The position numbers and the translations under genes are program-made. From Raja brachyura (Eukaryota), in NCBI GenBank assembly GCA_963514005.1, contig OY740782.1:15438001-15502000 (forward strand): 64,000 nucleotides of DNA, in the 5' to 3' direction. Position 1 is the first letter of the stretch, and each line of letters opens with the position of its first letter. The notes below the pieces were generated by a model, which was given only the letters and a program-made list of their open reading frames with translations, searched no databases and was not told where the DNA came from. Positions 1 to 10,824 of the stretch are shown in pieces.

Positions 1-336
1 CCCTATCTTTGCTGCTCACATTTTATACACTTCCATCAAGTCTCTGTCATGGGGCAGGGTTGATGAGAACATATTGTTCTGCCTAGAATTCAAACTCATT
101 GTCTCCCGGGTTCAGTCTGGGTCCCACCCAGCTTTCAACTTGAAATCTCTTTTTCCCTCTGTGGCTCAGCCAGGTTCACTTAAAACCAACAGCTGAAGCA
201 AGATTGACATCAGGGACTGCAATGGAATCGCCCTCTCGTGCACTTGAACAATTCATGTATTGTATTTCATTGACACATCCCATCTCTCTCTCTCTCCCAC
301 TAACACAGTCCATATCTTGCTCTCAATTACACACTC

Positions 337-470
337 ATAAGATCATAAGGGCATAAGTGATAGGAGTAGAATTAGGCCATTCGGCCCATCAAGTCTTCTC
401 CGCCATTCAATCATGGCTGATCTATGTCGCCCTCCTAACCTCATTCTCCTACCTTCTCCCCATAACCCCT
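337..470 (-). mobile_element. CR1 LINE 3' end
   Basis: Reverse complement of the CR1 tail (gatcagccatgattgaatggcgg...gggccgaatggcctaattct) also seen at 45600-45720 and 54360-54495. Confidence 0.85.
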
Positions 471-654
471 CCTCTCTGTCTCACTGACACACCATATCTC
501 TCTGATTCACTGATACACATTATCTCTCGCTCACTGACACACACTCCTCTCTCATTCACTGATACACCTTGTGACTCTCACTGACACACCATATCTTTCT
601 CATTCACTGGTACACCTTGTCTCTCTCTCTCTCTCTCTCACTGGCAGACTCCAC

Positions 655-1160
655 CAGTTGCATCGTGGCTTGGTTCGGCAACTTGAGCGCCCTGGAGAGG
701 AAAAGACTACAAAAAGTAGTAAACACAGCCCAGTCCATCATCGGCTCTGACCTCCCTTCCATCGAGGGGATTTACCGCAGTCACTGCCTCAAAAAAGCTG
801 GCAGTATCATCAAAGGACCCACACCATCCTGGCCACACACTCATCTCCCTGCTACCTTCAGGCAGAAGGTACAGGAGCCTGAGGACTGCAACGACCAGGT
901 TCAGGAATAGCTACTTCCCCACAGCCATCAGGCGATTAAACTTGGCTCGGACAAAACTCTGATAACTAATCACCCATTATCTGTTATTTGCACTTTATCA
1001 GTTTATTTATTCATGTGTGTATATATTTATATATGGTATATGGACACACTGATCTGTTTTGTAGTAAATGCCTTCTATGTTCTGTCTGCTGAAGCAAAGC
1101 AAGAATTTCATTGTCCTATCAGGGACACATGACAATAAACTCACAAACTTGAACTTGAAC
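655..1160 (+). mobile_element. Rex1/Babar-like LINE, ORF C-terminus plus 3' UTR
   Basis: SCIVAWFGN..RKRLQKVVNTAQSIIG..LPSIEGIY..CLKKAGSIIK, then frameshifted LLPSGRRYRS..TTRFRNSYFP; AATAAA and (CTTGAA)n tail. Confidence 0.85.
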
Positions 1161-1584
1161 TCTCCAACTAACACACACCATATCTTTCCCTCAATGATAC
1201 ACCCATCTCTCTCTCACTGACACAGTCCATCTCTCGCTCTGAATCACACACTTCATCTCTCTCTTACGAAAATATTCCACTCTTGCTCACTGACACACCC
1301 CACCCACCTCTCTCTCACTGACAGTCCATCTCTCTCTCACTAACACGGTCCATGTCTCTCTCACTAACACACCAACTCTCTCACTAACACACCATCTCTC
1401 TCGCTCTCAATTACACACCCCATCTTCCTCTCACTGACATATTCCACTCTCTCTCACTGACACAGTCCATCTCTCCCTTACTGACACAATCCATCTCTCT
1501 CTCACTGACATAGTCCATCTCTTCCCCACACTTCTCTTCCCTCACAGGCAAAACACAAAATCCAAAAGTCTGTGCAAGGACTAA

Positions 1585-1730
1585 ATATAGAAACATAGAA
1601 GATAGGTGCAGAAGTAGGCCATTCGACCCTTCGAGCCAGCACCGCCATTCAATATGAACATGGCTGATCATCCAAAATCTGCACCCCATTCCTGCTTTTT
1701 CCCTACATCCCTTGATTCCATTAGGCCTAG
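1585..1730 (-). mobile_element. CR1 LINE 3' end
   Basis: atagaaacatagaa tail followed by the complement of the CR1 3' UTR. Confidence 0.85.
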
Positions 1731-2036
1731 GAGCTTAATTACTGAAATTGAATTACTGAAGTCGTCGGATGGGGCACAGTTGCCATTCTTTCGGAGATCT
1801 GACAAAAATTATAACAGTCGCCGGCAGTCGCCTAAAAAGTCACCTCAGTGGGACAGGTTTACATTCCACTTGACCATAAATTCCAAGCTGATAATTCAGT
1901 GCCACACAGAGGAAATATTGCCTTTCAGACCAATGTTAATTCTATGCAGTGTCTGTTCTCTAAGATAAGAGTTCATCCAGTTACTTAATTTGCAGTGTTC
2001 ACAAATAGTTTTCAAGATTAAGGAAGTTACCTCTGG

Positions 2037-2277
2037 TGTAGGAAGGAACTGCAGATGCTAGTTTAAACAAAAAGTTAGACACAAAATGCCGGAGTAACTC
2101 AATGGTTCAGGCAGCATCTCTGCGGAGAAGGAATGAGTGGCGTTTCGGATCGAGACCCTTCTGTAGTCTGAAGAAGGGTCTCGATCCGAAATGTCGCCCA
2201 TTCCTTCTATCCAGAGATGCTGCCAGCATTTTGTGTGTATCTTCTGTTTAAACCAACATCTGCAGTTGCTTCCTACA
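2037..2277. mobile_element. Palindromic Penelope-like terminal repeat pair with hammerhead-like core
   Basis: gtaggaaggaactgcagatgc...gagaccctt / ctgaagaagggtctc...ctgcagttgcttcctac inverted arms. Confidence 0.8.
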
Positions 2278-2299
2278 ACACAAGTAGATAGATTAGTAA

Positions 2300-2815
2300 T
2301 CAAAGTGCATGATACGCTTGCCATCATCGGTCGAGGCATTGAGTATAAGAGTCAGTAAGACATAATGCAATTTTATGAATTTTTAGTTAGGTTTTACTTG
2401 GAGTAATGCATGGTGTTCTGGACACCCCATTGTAGTCAGCATGTGGAGAGGGTAAAGGATGGGTTCATGAGAATGTTGCCCGGACTAGAGGGTGTTAGCT
2501 ATAAGGAGAGGTTGGGCATACATGTATTGTTTTTGCTGGAATGGCAGAGGTTGAGTATATACAATTACAGGAGGCATGGAGAGGGTTGACAGTCAGAATC
2601 TTTTCCCAGGGTGCAAATGTCAAAGACTAGAGGGCACAGGTTTAATGTGCGAGAGTCAAAGTCTTAAAGGCCATGTGCGGGGGCAAATATTTTCACACAC
2701 ATTCAGGACCAACATCTGCAGTTCCTTCCTACACACTTCCACGAGTGGTGGTGGAGGCAGATTCGTTATTGGCACAGAAGTGGCTTTCAGAAAGGCACAT
2801 AGATATGCATGGAAT
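2300..2815 (+). mobile_element. Degenerate CR1 ORF2 C-terminal fragment
   Basis: Similar to the better-preserved CR1 at 57837-58358 (ttggagta..ttctgg..agaatgttgcccgga..ctataaggagaggttg). Confidence 0.75.
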
Positions 2816-3315
2816 TAAGTAAGTAAGTAGTAAGTAAGTAAGTACATTTTATTTATGTAGCACATTAAAATCAACTCGCGTTGAAACAAAAGTGCTTTAC
2901 ATAGAAGAAATAATAAAATAAATAATAAAGCTTCCGTACATCCATAGAAAAATTAAAAATAAGAAAAATGACACAACACATTATAGAATTCAACATGAAC
3001 GTCCCCCCACAACAGAATCAAAATTTTCCACTGTGGGGAAAGGCATAAAAAAGTTCAGTCCTCTTCCTCTGTGAAACACACGAGGTCGGGGCCTATTTGT
3101 GGCCTCCGCAGCCAGTCCGATGTTTGCAGGTCCTCTTTGCGGCCTCTGCAGCCAGTCCGATGTTTGCGGGTCCTCTTTGCCGGAAAGCTGGAACTCCGGC
3201 GTCGAGTGAACACTCCTCAGCGGCTTGGAAAATGGCTGGAGCGGCCGCTTCCTCCCCAGAGACCGTGGCGCCCGAAAGTCCCCAGGCCGCTCTGGTTGGA
3301 GCTCTGACTCTGGCT
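2816..3315 (-). mobile_element. Non-autonomous retroposon with L2-type tail and (TTAC)n end, 5'-truncated
   Basis: Close match to 6429-6772 and 37357-38295; internal ~40 bp tandem duplication at about 3100-3180. Confidence 0.8.
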
Positions 3316-3384
3316 TACGTGCAGACAGTGGCGATCAGTTTAAGTTAGCATCACGTTCCTACATAGATATTGTGGGCCGAAGGG

Positions 3385-3545
3385 AGTTAAATGTGGCACT
3401 TGTGGCTAAAGGGATCAGGGGGTATGGAGAGAAGGCAGGTACAGGATACTGAGTTCGATGATCAGCCATGATCATATTGAATGGCGGTGCAGGCTCGAAG
3501 GGCCGAATGGCCTACTCCTGCACCTAATTTCTATGTTTCTATGTA
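3385..3545 (+). mobile_element. CR1 LINE 3' end
   Basis: gctaaagggatcagggggtatggagagaaggcagg...tttctatgtttctatg; near-identical to 60500-60665. Confidence 0.9.
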
Positions 3546-4788
3546 AATATATACAATGCATGAACCGTGCATAAAATTCATCCGACATTTTCAGAGGCTA
3601 TACAAATTCCATACGGTTCTATACAGTCTATATACATTGCTCAAATTTCACGAATCTATCCCCCACCCGTGCCACTCATGTGGCCCCCTGGCGTGGGATA
3701 CCTTCCTTTATTTTGAGGAGCGTCTCCACCCGTGCCCCCCATGTCCAGCGGAAGGATCGTGAACCCATCCTGCACCCTCTCAAAATCCTCCACATGCAAT
3801 AAGAGATCTGCATGGGTGAAAGCCCTTGTTCCAGAGGAGACCCAGGTTGGGCCAGTATGAGTCACGTGATGGCAACAGATTCAAATGATGGCACAAGCAC
3901 ATCTGCAGGCTCAACATGTATCCAGGTTAAAAAAACTTTTTGTGAGATTAGTTTGACTTCTATATCTTTGTCAATCACAGCTTGTGAAAATGTTTAATTT
4001 ATTTGTCTTCCACTTAAGGGACTGTCCCACTTAGGTGACCTTATTGGCGAGTTCACGAGACTTTGCGTCGCCACATGGTCGCCACATGGTCGTAGGTGGT
4101 CTCTGGTGAGTCTCCTTCATGATCGAGAGTAGTTCCCGCATAGTGGTAACTAGTCGCGGCTTCAGAAATGGTCCCGTAAAATTTATTCAACATGCTGAAA
4201 ACGTTTCTGCGACCAAAAATTGATCGGCATGGAGAAAATCGATACATAGTCGTGCGTTTGGTCGTAGGAGGTCATAGTGGGTCGCCATGTTATCGTAGTT
4301 AATCGTAGGTAGTCGTGATAGTCGTAGGTAGTGTTAATTAATCGCCTTTGCTCGTTTCAATGGCTCGTTATGAAAAAAAAGGTATGTGAACAGCAGCACG
4401 AGATGCACTTTCACTCCAGTGCGCGGTCAGTGCATCAGAGGGTGAGTCATGGCTCTGAAGAGAAGGCAACTCTGCAGGGAAGGGCACAACCCTCAACAAA
4501 ACCCACCAGGCAGGTGTCGCTGACCCAGGAGGAGATGCAACAAGAGGAGAAAGTCCAGGAGGAGGAATCCCAGGAGGAGGATGTTGTACTTCGTGGTCCG
4601 GTATCTGTTATACCATTGTTCTGACTCTGGAATTACCACAAGTACACGTGTTTAGGGGTTTGTAGCTGAGCATAAATCAAAACTCTGTTTATTTCACTGC
4701 CATCTGGAACCAGACTTCCCTGCCCACATATGTCATTCCCATATATACATGTTGCTACGCAGGCAAACAGAGTAGTCCATGTGATATA

Positions 4789-5619
4789 GGCAAGGCAAGG
4801 CAAGGTAAGTTTATTTATATAGCACCATTCATACAAGCTGCAATTCATAGTGCTTTACAAATGAAACAAGAGAATAACATAGTTTAAAAACATTGCAGAA
4901 CCACAATACAACACAGGACAACAGAATAGCCAATAAGCCAATTGCATGAATAGTAAAACAAAATCACTAAAACATTAAGGCGATTTTAAAAGCACATAAA
5001 AGGGTTAAAACTAGAAGATTAAAATTACCCGCATGTTGGGTCATGAAAAAGCTACATCAAACAACAGTGTCTTTAGGCCTGACTTAAATATGGTTACTGT
5101 CTGTGCACACCTCAGGTGTTCAGGGAGCTTGTTCCACAGGTGTGGAGCATAGAAACTGAACGCTGCTTCAGCCCTTTTTGTTCTGACCCTGGGAACATGG
5201 AGTAAACCTGTCCCCGAAGACCTGAGGAGTCTAGGTGCCTCATAAACAACAAGTAAGTCAGAGATGTATTTTGGACCCAGACCATTCAGAGCCTTGTATG
5301 CCAGTAACAGAATTTTAAAATCTATCCTTTTACACACAGGGAGCCAGTGCAAAGATTTAAGGACAGGTGTAATGTGATCCATTTTCTTGGTGTTGGTCAA
5401 GACTCTGGCAGCGGCATTCTGGATAAGCTGCAGTTGTTTAATTGATTTTTTACTGAGACCTGTAAAGATATTATTACAATAATCTAACCTACTGAAGATA
5501 TATGCATGAACAAGTTTTTCAGTGTCTTCTTTGGACAGAAATCCCTTGATTCTTGCAATGTTTTTTAGATGGTAGTAGGCAGATTTGGTAATGGTCTTTA
5601 TATGGCTGTTAAAATTCAA
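4789..5619 (-). mobile_element. L2-clade LINE 3' part with uninterrupted ORF2 C-terminus (ORF 5041-5619)
   Basis: LVHAYIFSRLDYCN..LQLIQNAAARVLT..HITPVLKSLHWLPV..RIDFKILLL..LWNKLP..FKSGLKTLLF; tail tgtaaagcact..ataaataaac(ttgcc)n. Confidence 0.93.
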
Positions 5620-6228
5620 TAAAGTATAATAAAGTAGTCCTTGCAATATCACAACAGATGAAGCCCTGGAGAATTTACAGGAGGAGACCAGGTAGGTAGG
5701 TCATGTCCACACCACTACCCCATCCCAGACTGGCCAATTTAAAGCCAGCAATAGAGGCACTGCTGCTGTAGCATCAGCCACCAATGCCTCAATTGTAGTG
5801 AGGAAGGGCTGGAAGAAGGTTTGCCCTTAAACGTTCACCAGCGAGCAGGAAGGAGACCTGGTTGAATGGTACCAATACAACCCTCTCCTGTACGATAACG
5901 ACAACGAAAACTACAGGATGAGAATGAACAAGACAAAATTACTCCAGGAAAATGCCATGGAGTTCCCTGACTGCACCTGTAAGTACCTGCTTTTTTTTAA
6001 ACTTCAGTAGCTTTATCATTCTCTTGCAGTCAGGCAGGCAATTTGCAAAAGGTTCCTTTGGATTTAAAGTTCATAATTTTTTTCTGCAATACATCTTCCA
6101 TTCTCTTGCAAGCAGGCAATTACCACAGGATATATTTCTTTCAAAGATCCTACCTTTCTTAAATCTTCAGTACCTCCTCCATTCTCTTTGCCAAGCAGGC
6201 AATCAGGTTTTTATGAAGAAGAAGGGTG

Positions 6229-6326
6229 GGTCTGAAGAAGGGTCTCGACCCGAAACGTCGCCTATCTCCTTCGCTCCTTAGATGCTGCTGCACCCGCTGA
6301 GTTTCTCCAGCCTTTTGTGTAACCCC
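6229..6326 (+). mobile_element. Penelope-like terminal fragment, young subfamily, hammerhead-like core at 6232-6259
   Basis: CTGAAGAAGGGTCTCGACCCGAAACGTC then gcctatctccttcgctccttagatgctg; near-identical at 8190, 10852(-), 20036 and 39536. Confidence 0.8.
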
Positions 6327-6428
6327 AGGTTTTTATGATTTTTAACTGCCTCATTGTTGTTTGTCCACAGCACCTCTCCCATTCTCTTGCAACTTTCACA
6401 GGTTATGTTACTTTTAAAGTTCCAACTT

Positions 6429-6772
6429 TAAGTAAGTAAGTACATTTTATTTATATAGCACGTTGTTGAAACCAAAGTGCTTTACATAGAACAAAAATAT
6501 TTAAGTTTCCGTACATCCATAGAAAACATTTAAAAAGAGAAAAATGACACAACACATTATAGAATTCAACATGAATGTCCCCCCACAACAGAATCACAAA
6601 TTTTCCACTGTGGGGAAAGGCATCAGAAAGTTTCAGTCCTCTTCCTCTGTGATCACCCGAGGTCGGGGCCTATTTGTGGCCTCCGCAGCCAGTCCGATGT
6701 TTTCTGGCCCTCTTACCGGGAAGATGGAACTCCGGAATCGGGTGAACACTCCTCAGCGGCTTGGAAATGTCG
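6429..6772 (-). mobile_element. (TTAC)n-tailed non-autonomous retroposon, truncated
   Basis: Matches 2816-3230 and 37400-37760. Confidence 0.8.
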
Positions 6773-7829
6773 GGGATGGCCCCTTCCCCCCCGTATTTCC
6801 GCGAACTTTGTCTGCAATACCTCTTGTATTCTCTTGCAGGCCGGCATTTCATAGGTATTTTTTTCTTTTGGACTGATGTCCAGCTCTGCCAGTGGGTAAA
6901 GAGCCAGCGAACGATATATGACCAGCTGACTACCAGGGGGACAAAGTCGGGGTCTGCTGGAACTAGAACTGGAGAGGCAGATCGGAACGATCTGATCAGG
7001 ACTGTAAGTACCTTGTGTAAAAATTCTGTATATTCATCTTCTCATTCATCAATCCTTCCATCCATGCATCATTGCACTTTTGACATGGTCATTTATGTTG
7101 CAGCTCATGCAACGGGCAAAAGACGTGGGACAAATAATACTGGATGCCCCCGACACAAAGCCACCAATGGATGAATACATCCAGAGCTTAACCAGATTTA
7201 TCATCTCTTTGCTTCCATGTGCACCATCTACGAATATGCTCAGATTCACCAGAGGGCTTCTGACATATGTCATGGATTCCTGCGAACAGGTCAATATGTC
7301 ATTTCATTTGTCTTGTCATTCTGTCAAGGTTTGGCTGCAGTATTTGGCCTTAATATTTTTTTTTTAGATGAAATAATCACAATGATTTCATGTGGGTTGT
7401 AGTCTGAGCAGCCGATGCCACAAGTGGGGCAACAACATATGGCACCACGTCAGATGCCTTCGATGGAGCAACAACTCCAGTATGTTGAACAGGTATCAAA
7501 ATATAGCAAAACGCTTTGATAGTTGCAATTCTTTGCCACACAACTTCTGAGTGAGATATTTTAATTTTATTGGAGTTCCACTTACATATGATTCTGTGTT
7601 TCAAAAACAGTAATTGATGGAACAAGCACAACACATGCGAATGGGGGCACAACCAAATCTGCAGGCTAACCAGGTATACAATTTAGAAGAAAAAAAAATT
7701 GTGAGTTTAGTTTGGCCTTTAATTATTTGTCAATCACAGCTTGTTAAGATTTTTTAATTTACCTTCCTTCTAATCATAATTTTTTTTTGTGTTTCAAAAA
7801 TAGTCCATGATGGGACCACAAAGACATAA

Positions 7830-8286
7830 ACTCGGTCCTGGGCCTCCTCCACGGCCAGAGTGAGCAACACCCGCAAGTTGGAGGAACAGCACCTCATATT
7901 CCGGTTGGGGAGCCTGCATCCTCTGGGCTTAAACATTGAATTTTCTCAATTCTGTTAACCCTGGCTGTCTCCTCCCCTTCCCACCTCTCCCTCAGACCTC
8001 GGGCCCTGGCATTCCTTCTCTCTCTATCTCTCCCCCACCCAAGTCGCACTAGCTTCTCATTTTCACACTACAAACAGCTTACAATGGCCTGTTTCCTTTA
8101 TCATCGATACTTTTTTGCATATCTTTCATTCATTGTTCTTTATCTCTCCACATCACCGTCTATATCTCTCGTTTCTCTGATCCCTAGCCAGTCTGAAGAA
8201 GGGTCTCGACCCGAAACGTCGCCTATCTCCTTCGCTCCTGAGATGCTGCTGCACCCGCTGAGTTTCTCCAGCCTTTTGTGTACCCC
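7830..8286 (+). mobile_element. Penelope-like element 3' end (end of GIY-YIG ORF plus terminal repeat)
   Basis: VLGLLH..RKLEEQHLIFRLGSLHPLGLNIEFS; hammerhead-like core at 8193-8220. Confidence 0.85.
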
Positions 8287-8807
8287 CTAAACTTTTTATC
8301 AGTTTAGATTGAATTCAAATCTCTGTCGATCGATCGCAGCTCTTGAGGGTCTTTATTGTTTTTGCCTTTCAATTGATCTTGATTTTTTTTTTCACAGACA
8401 GCCTGTTGTGACACCACAACAGACATACATAGATACACGGCCTGCAAGATCTGTCTTCTGATTACTCAGAATACAATTTACATGAAAGACATCGACAGGC
8501 ACCAGTAGCACAAGGGGATAACACCATGGACCAGGGGCAAAATTGAGTTTGTCTTTCATGTTGATGTTTATATTAATGTTGACTGTTCGGAAACGTTATT
8601 TGTTTGAAGTTCTATAGATATATTTTGAAATTTTAAAATATTTTTAGGATTATTAAAATTACTTGTAAAAAATGCTTGTTTATAAGAATTTTGTATGTTT
8701 AATTACCGATAAAGGACATTCCTGACATTTTAACCTCAAATTGATGTATGGTTATCACTTTTTTTCATAGTAGTCCCTCATGTCATCACTTATATTTCAT
8801 TTCTCAT

Positions 8808-9345
8808 ACATTTTGATCATTGAAACAAACACAAAAGCAAGGAAGGAAGGCACTGTATTTACAGTTTTACCGTACACATTTACTTTGATGAAGAAAACAG
8901 ACACAAGCACTTCAAATGCACTGCATTTAAAAGGATTTTATTTTTATACATCTCGATAAATCTAACACTAAAACAAGCAGTGCACAGAATTTAAAAGAAC
9001 ATTTTCATACATTTTGATAAATCTAACACTAAAACAAGCAATACACTGAATTTCACAGAATATATTTATACACATTTTTATACATTTTGATAAGTCTAAC
9101 ACAAGCAAGCAATATACTGAATTTAAAAGAACATAATGATTATACATTTTGAGAAATCTGACACTAACACAAGCAATACACTGAATTCAAATGGACTTTT
9201 TCATACATTTTGATGAATCTAAAAAGAAGACACAAGCCATGAACTGTTTTTACGAGAATATTATTTTTTAATTTTTTGATTAATCTAAACAGTAAAACGC
9301 AATCAAAGATTTTAACAATAAAACAAGCAATGCAATGTTTTTAAA
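8808..9345. repeat. AT-rich tandem array, ~60 bp unit, ~8 copies, inside the Harbinger element
   Basis: Repeating atacattttgataaatctaacactaaaacaagcaatacactgaatttaaaagaac; shorter version at 11800-11945. Confidence 0.85.
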
Positions 9346-9359
9346 ATCTCCCAATCAAC

Positions 9360-9575
9360 CTTTACCATCAAAATTAGCCCTTTCCCAATTTAGGATTTTA
9401 ATCTGTCTTATCTCGTTCCATAACTATTTTTAAAACTAAAATAATTATAGTCACTGATCCCGAAGTGCTCCCCCAGTTTCATTTTCTTAAGAGAAAATCC
9501 AGCGTAGCCCCTTCTCTAGCAGGGCCATCCACATAATGCTTCAGAAATATTTCATGCACACATGGCTCCGAATGA
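9360..9575 (-). mobile_element. CR1 ORF2 endonuclease-region fragment
   Basis: Minus strand reads FLKHYVDGPAREGATLDFLL..GEHFGISDYN..LNWERANFDG with indels. Confidence 0.7.
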
Positions 9576-9721
9576 TTTTAAGCAACACCCTGCAAGCCAT
9601 TTTATAGTGAAATAACATATAAACATGACATCATTTTTTTAGGTGATCTTTTGAGCTGTAGCCAGTCGTAGCTTGTCGCAGTTTGCTTTCTGTGATCGTG
9701 GGTGTTGTCGTCTGTAAGTCC

Positions 9722-10270
9722 AGTCCTGGCCCGTTTGCCCTCAACTCATACTCGCAGCTCATACTCGTACTCATACACGAGGTCGTAGGAGATCTTTGTA
9801 TCTCTCCTTCATGCTCGAGAGTAGTCCCCGTGTACTCGAGGCCTCAGCTAGATCGCGGCGTATTTTTCAACATGTTTAAAAATGCCCGTGAGTAAAAAAA
9901 GGTCGCCATGGAAAAAAACTATTATTTTTCTACTTGAAGGTTTAGTCGTAGTAGGTCGGCATGTTAGTCGTAGGTAATCAAGGGTAGTCAAAGGTAGTCA
10001 AAGGTAGTCATAGATAGTTTTCATCATAGTCGGAAGGGAGGTCGAGGGAGATTGAAGGAGGTCGTCTTCATTCTTCACTATTCGGTGTCCGAGTTTTCCA
10101 AAGTTAGTCGTAGCTAGTCGTAGCTAGTCGGAGCTGGTCTTCAACATATTCGAAGGAGGTCGGAGGAGGTCTTCCACATAGTCGAAGGAGGTCTTCAACA
10201 TGACATTTTTTCAAACTCTCTGAAACTCTTCGAAACTCGCCAATTAGGTCGCCCAAGTGGGACAGCCCCT
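9722..10270 (-). mobile_element. Harbinger-family MITE, one end truncated
   Basis: Ends GTGGGACAGCCCCT followed by TAA; inverted homolog of 10381-10708. Confidence 0.7.
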
Positions 10271-10380
10271 TAAGTCATGGATAGTCGTTACAGGTCTTCT
10301 ACATACTCATAGGATGCCAAATCTTTGGTGATTAAACAAGACCATGACAGTCACCTGTACTCGCAAAACAAGTCGCCTAA

Positions 10381-10824
10381 AGGGGCTGTCCCACTGCGGC
10401 GACCAAATTGACGAATTTAGAAGAGTTTAGGAGAGTTTGAAAAAGTGTCATGTTGAAGACCTCCTTGGACTATGTGGAAGACCTCCTTCAATCTCCTTCG
10501 ACTATGTTGAAGACCAGCTTCGACTAGCTACGACTAGCTTCGGGAAAATTGGACACCGAATAGTGGAGAGTGAAGACGACCTCCTTCGATCTCCCTCGAC
10601 CTCTCTTTGACTATGATGAAGATTATCTACGACTACCTTTGACTACTTCGAGCCGAGGGCAAACGGGTCAGAACTCGCGGTTTAGGTCGCCCAAGTGGGA
10701 CAGCCCCTTTTATCGCCGATGCACTCGTGAAAATTGGAGACTCAATAGTGGGGACTGAAGACGGCCACCTTCGGCTTACAGGCGACAATACCCACGAATA
10801 GGTCGCCGCAATGGGACAGTCCCT
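10381..10824 (+). mobile_element. Harbinger-family composite MITE inserted into the right TIR of the large element
   Basis: TAA|AGGGGCTGTCCCAC...TGGGACAGTCCCT|TAA; extra internal terminus ending at 10708. Confidence 0.8.

Larger units (their letters stand above)
270..1545. repeat. Degenerate CT-rich minisatellite (unit ~20-22 bp, CTCTCTCACTGACACACCATAT-like), interrupted by CR1 and Rex1-like fragments
   Basis: Many repeats of ctctctcactgacaca/ctaacaca at about 270-335, 470-645 and 1165-1520. Confidence 0.8.
4449..8546 (+). pseudogene. Decayed multi-exon MADF (Myb/SANT-like) DNA-binding gene with BESS-like motif and Gln-rich tail; Harbinger accessory gene
   Basis: Exons ~4449-4595, 5658-5978 (FTSEQEGDLVEWYQYNPLLYDNDNENYRMRMNKTKLLQENAMEFPDCT), ~6876-7003 (VQLCQWVKSQRTIYDQLT..KSGSAG), 7104-7289, 7403-7492, 7611-7673, 7804-(interrupted), ~8400-8546; mostly AG/GT-bounded and phase-compatible; in-frame stops and one apparently mutated acceptor. 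Confidence 0.75.

Noticed and set aside
4014-4020. TTAA TSD (piggyBac/Kolobok) reading of the AGGG-terminated elements
   Set aside because: Empty-site reconstruction and the copies at 48367 and 53194 show 3-bp TTA/TAA duplications
4449-8546. Functional domesticated host transcription factor
   Set aside because: In-frame stops, a frameshift, a broken acceptor, a Penelope insertion in an exon, and enclosure by TIRs
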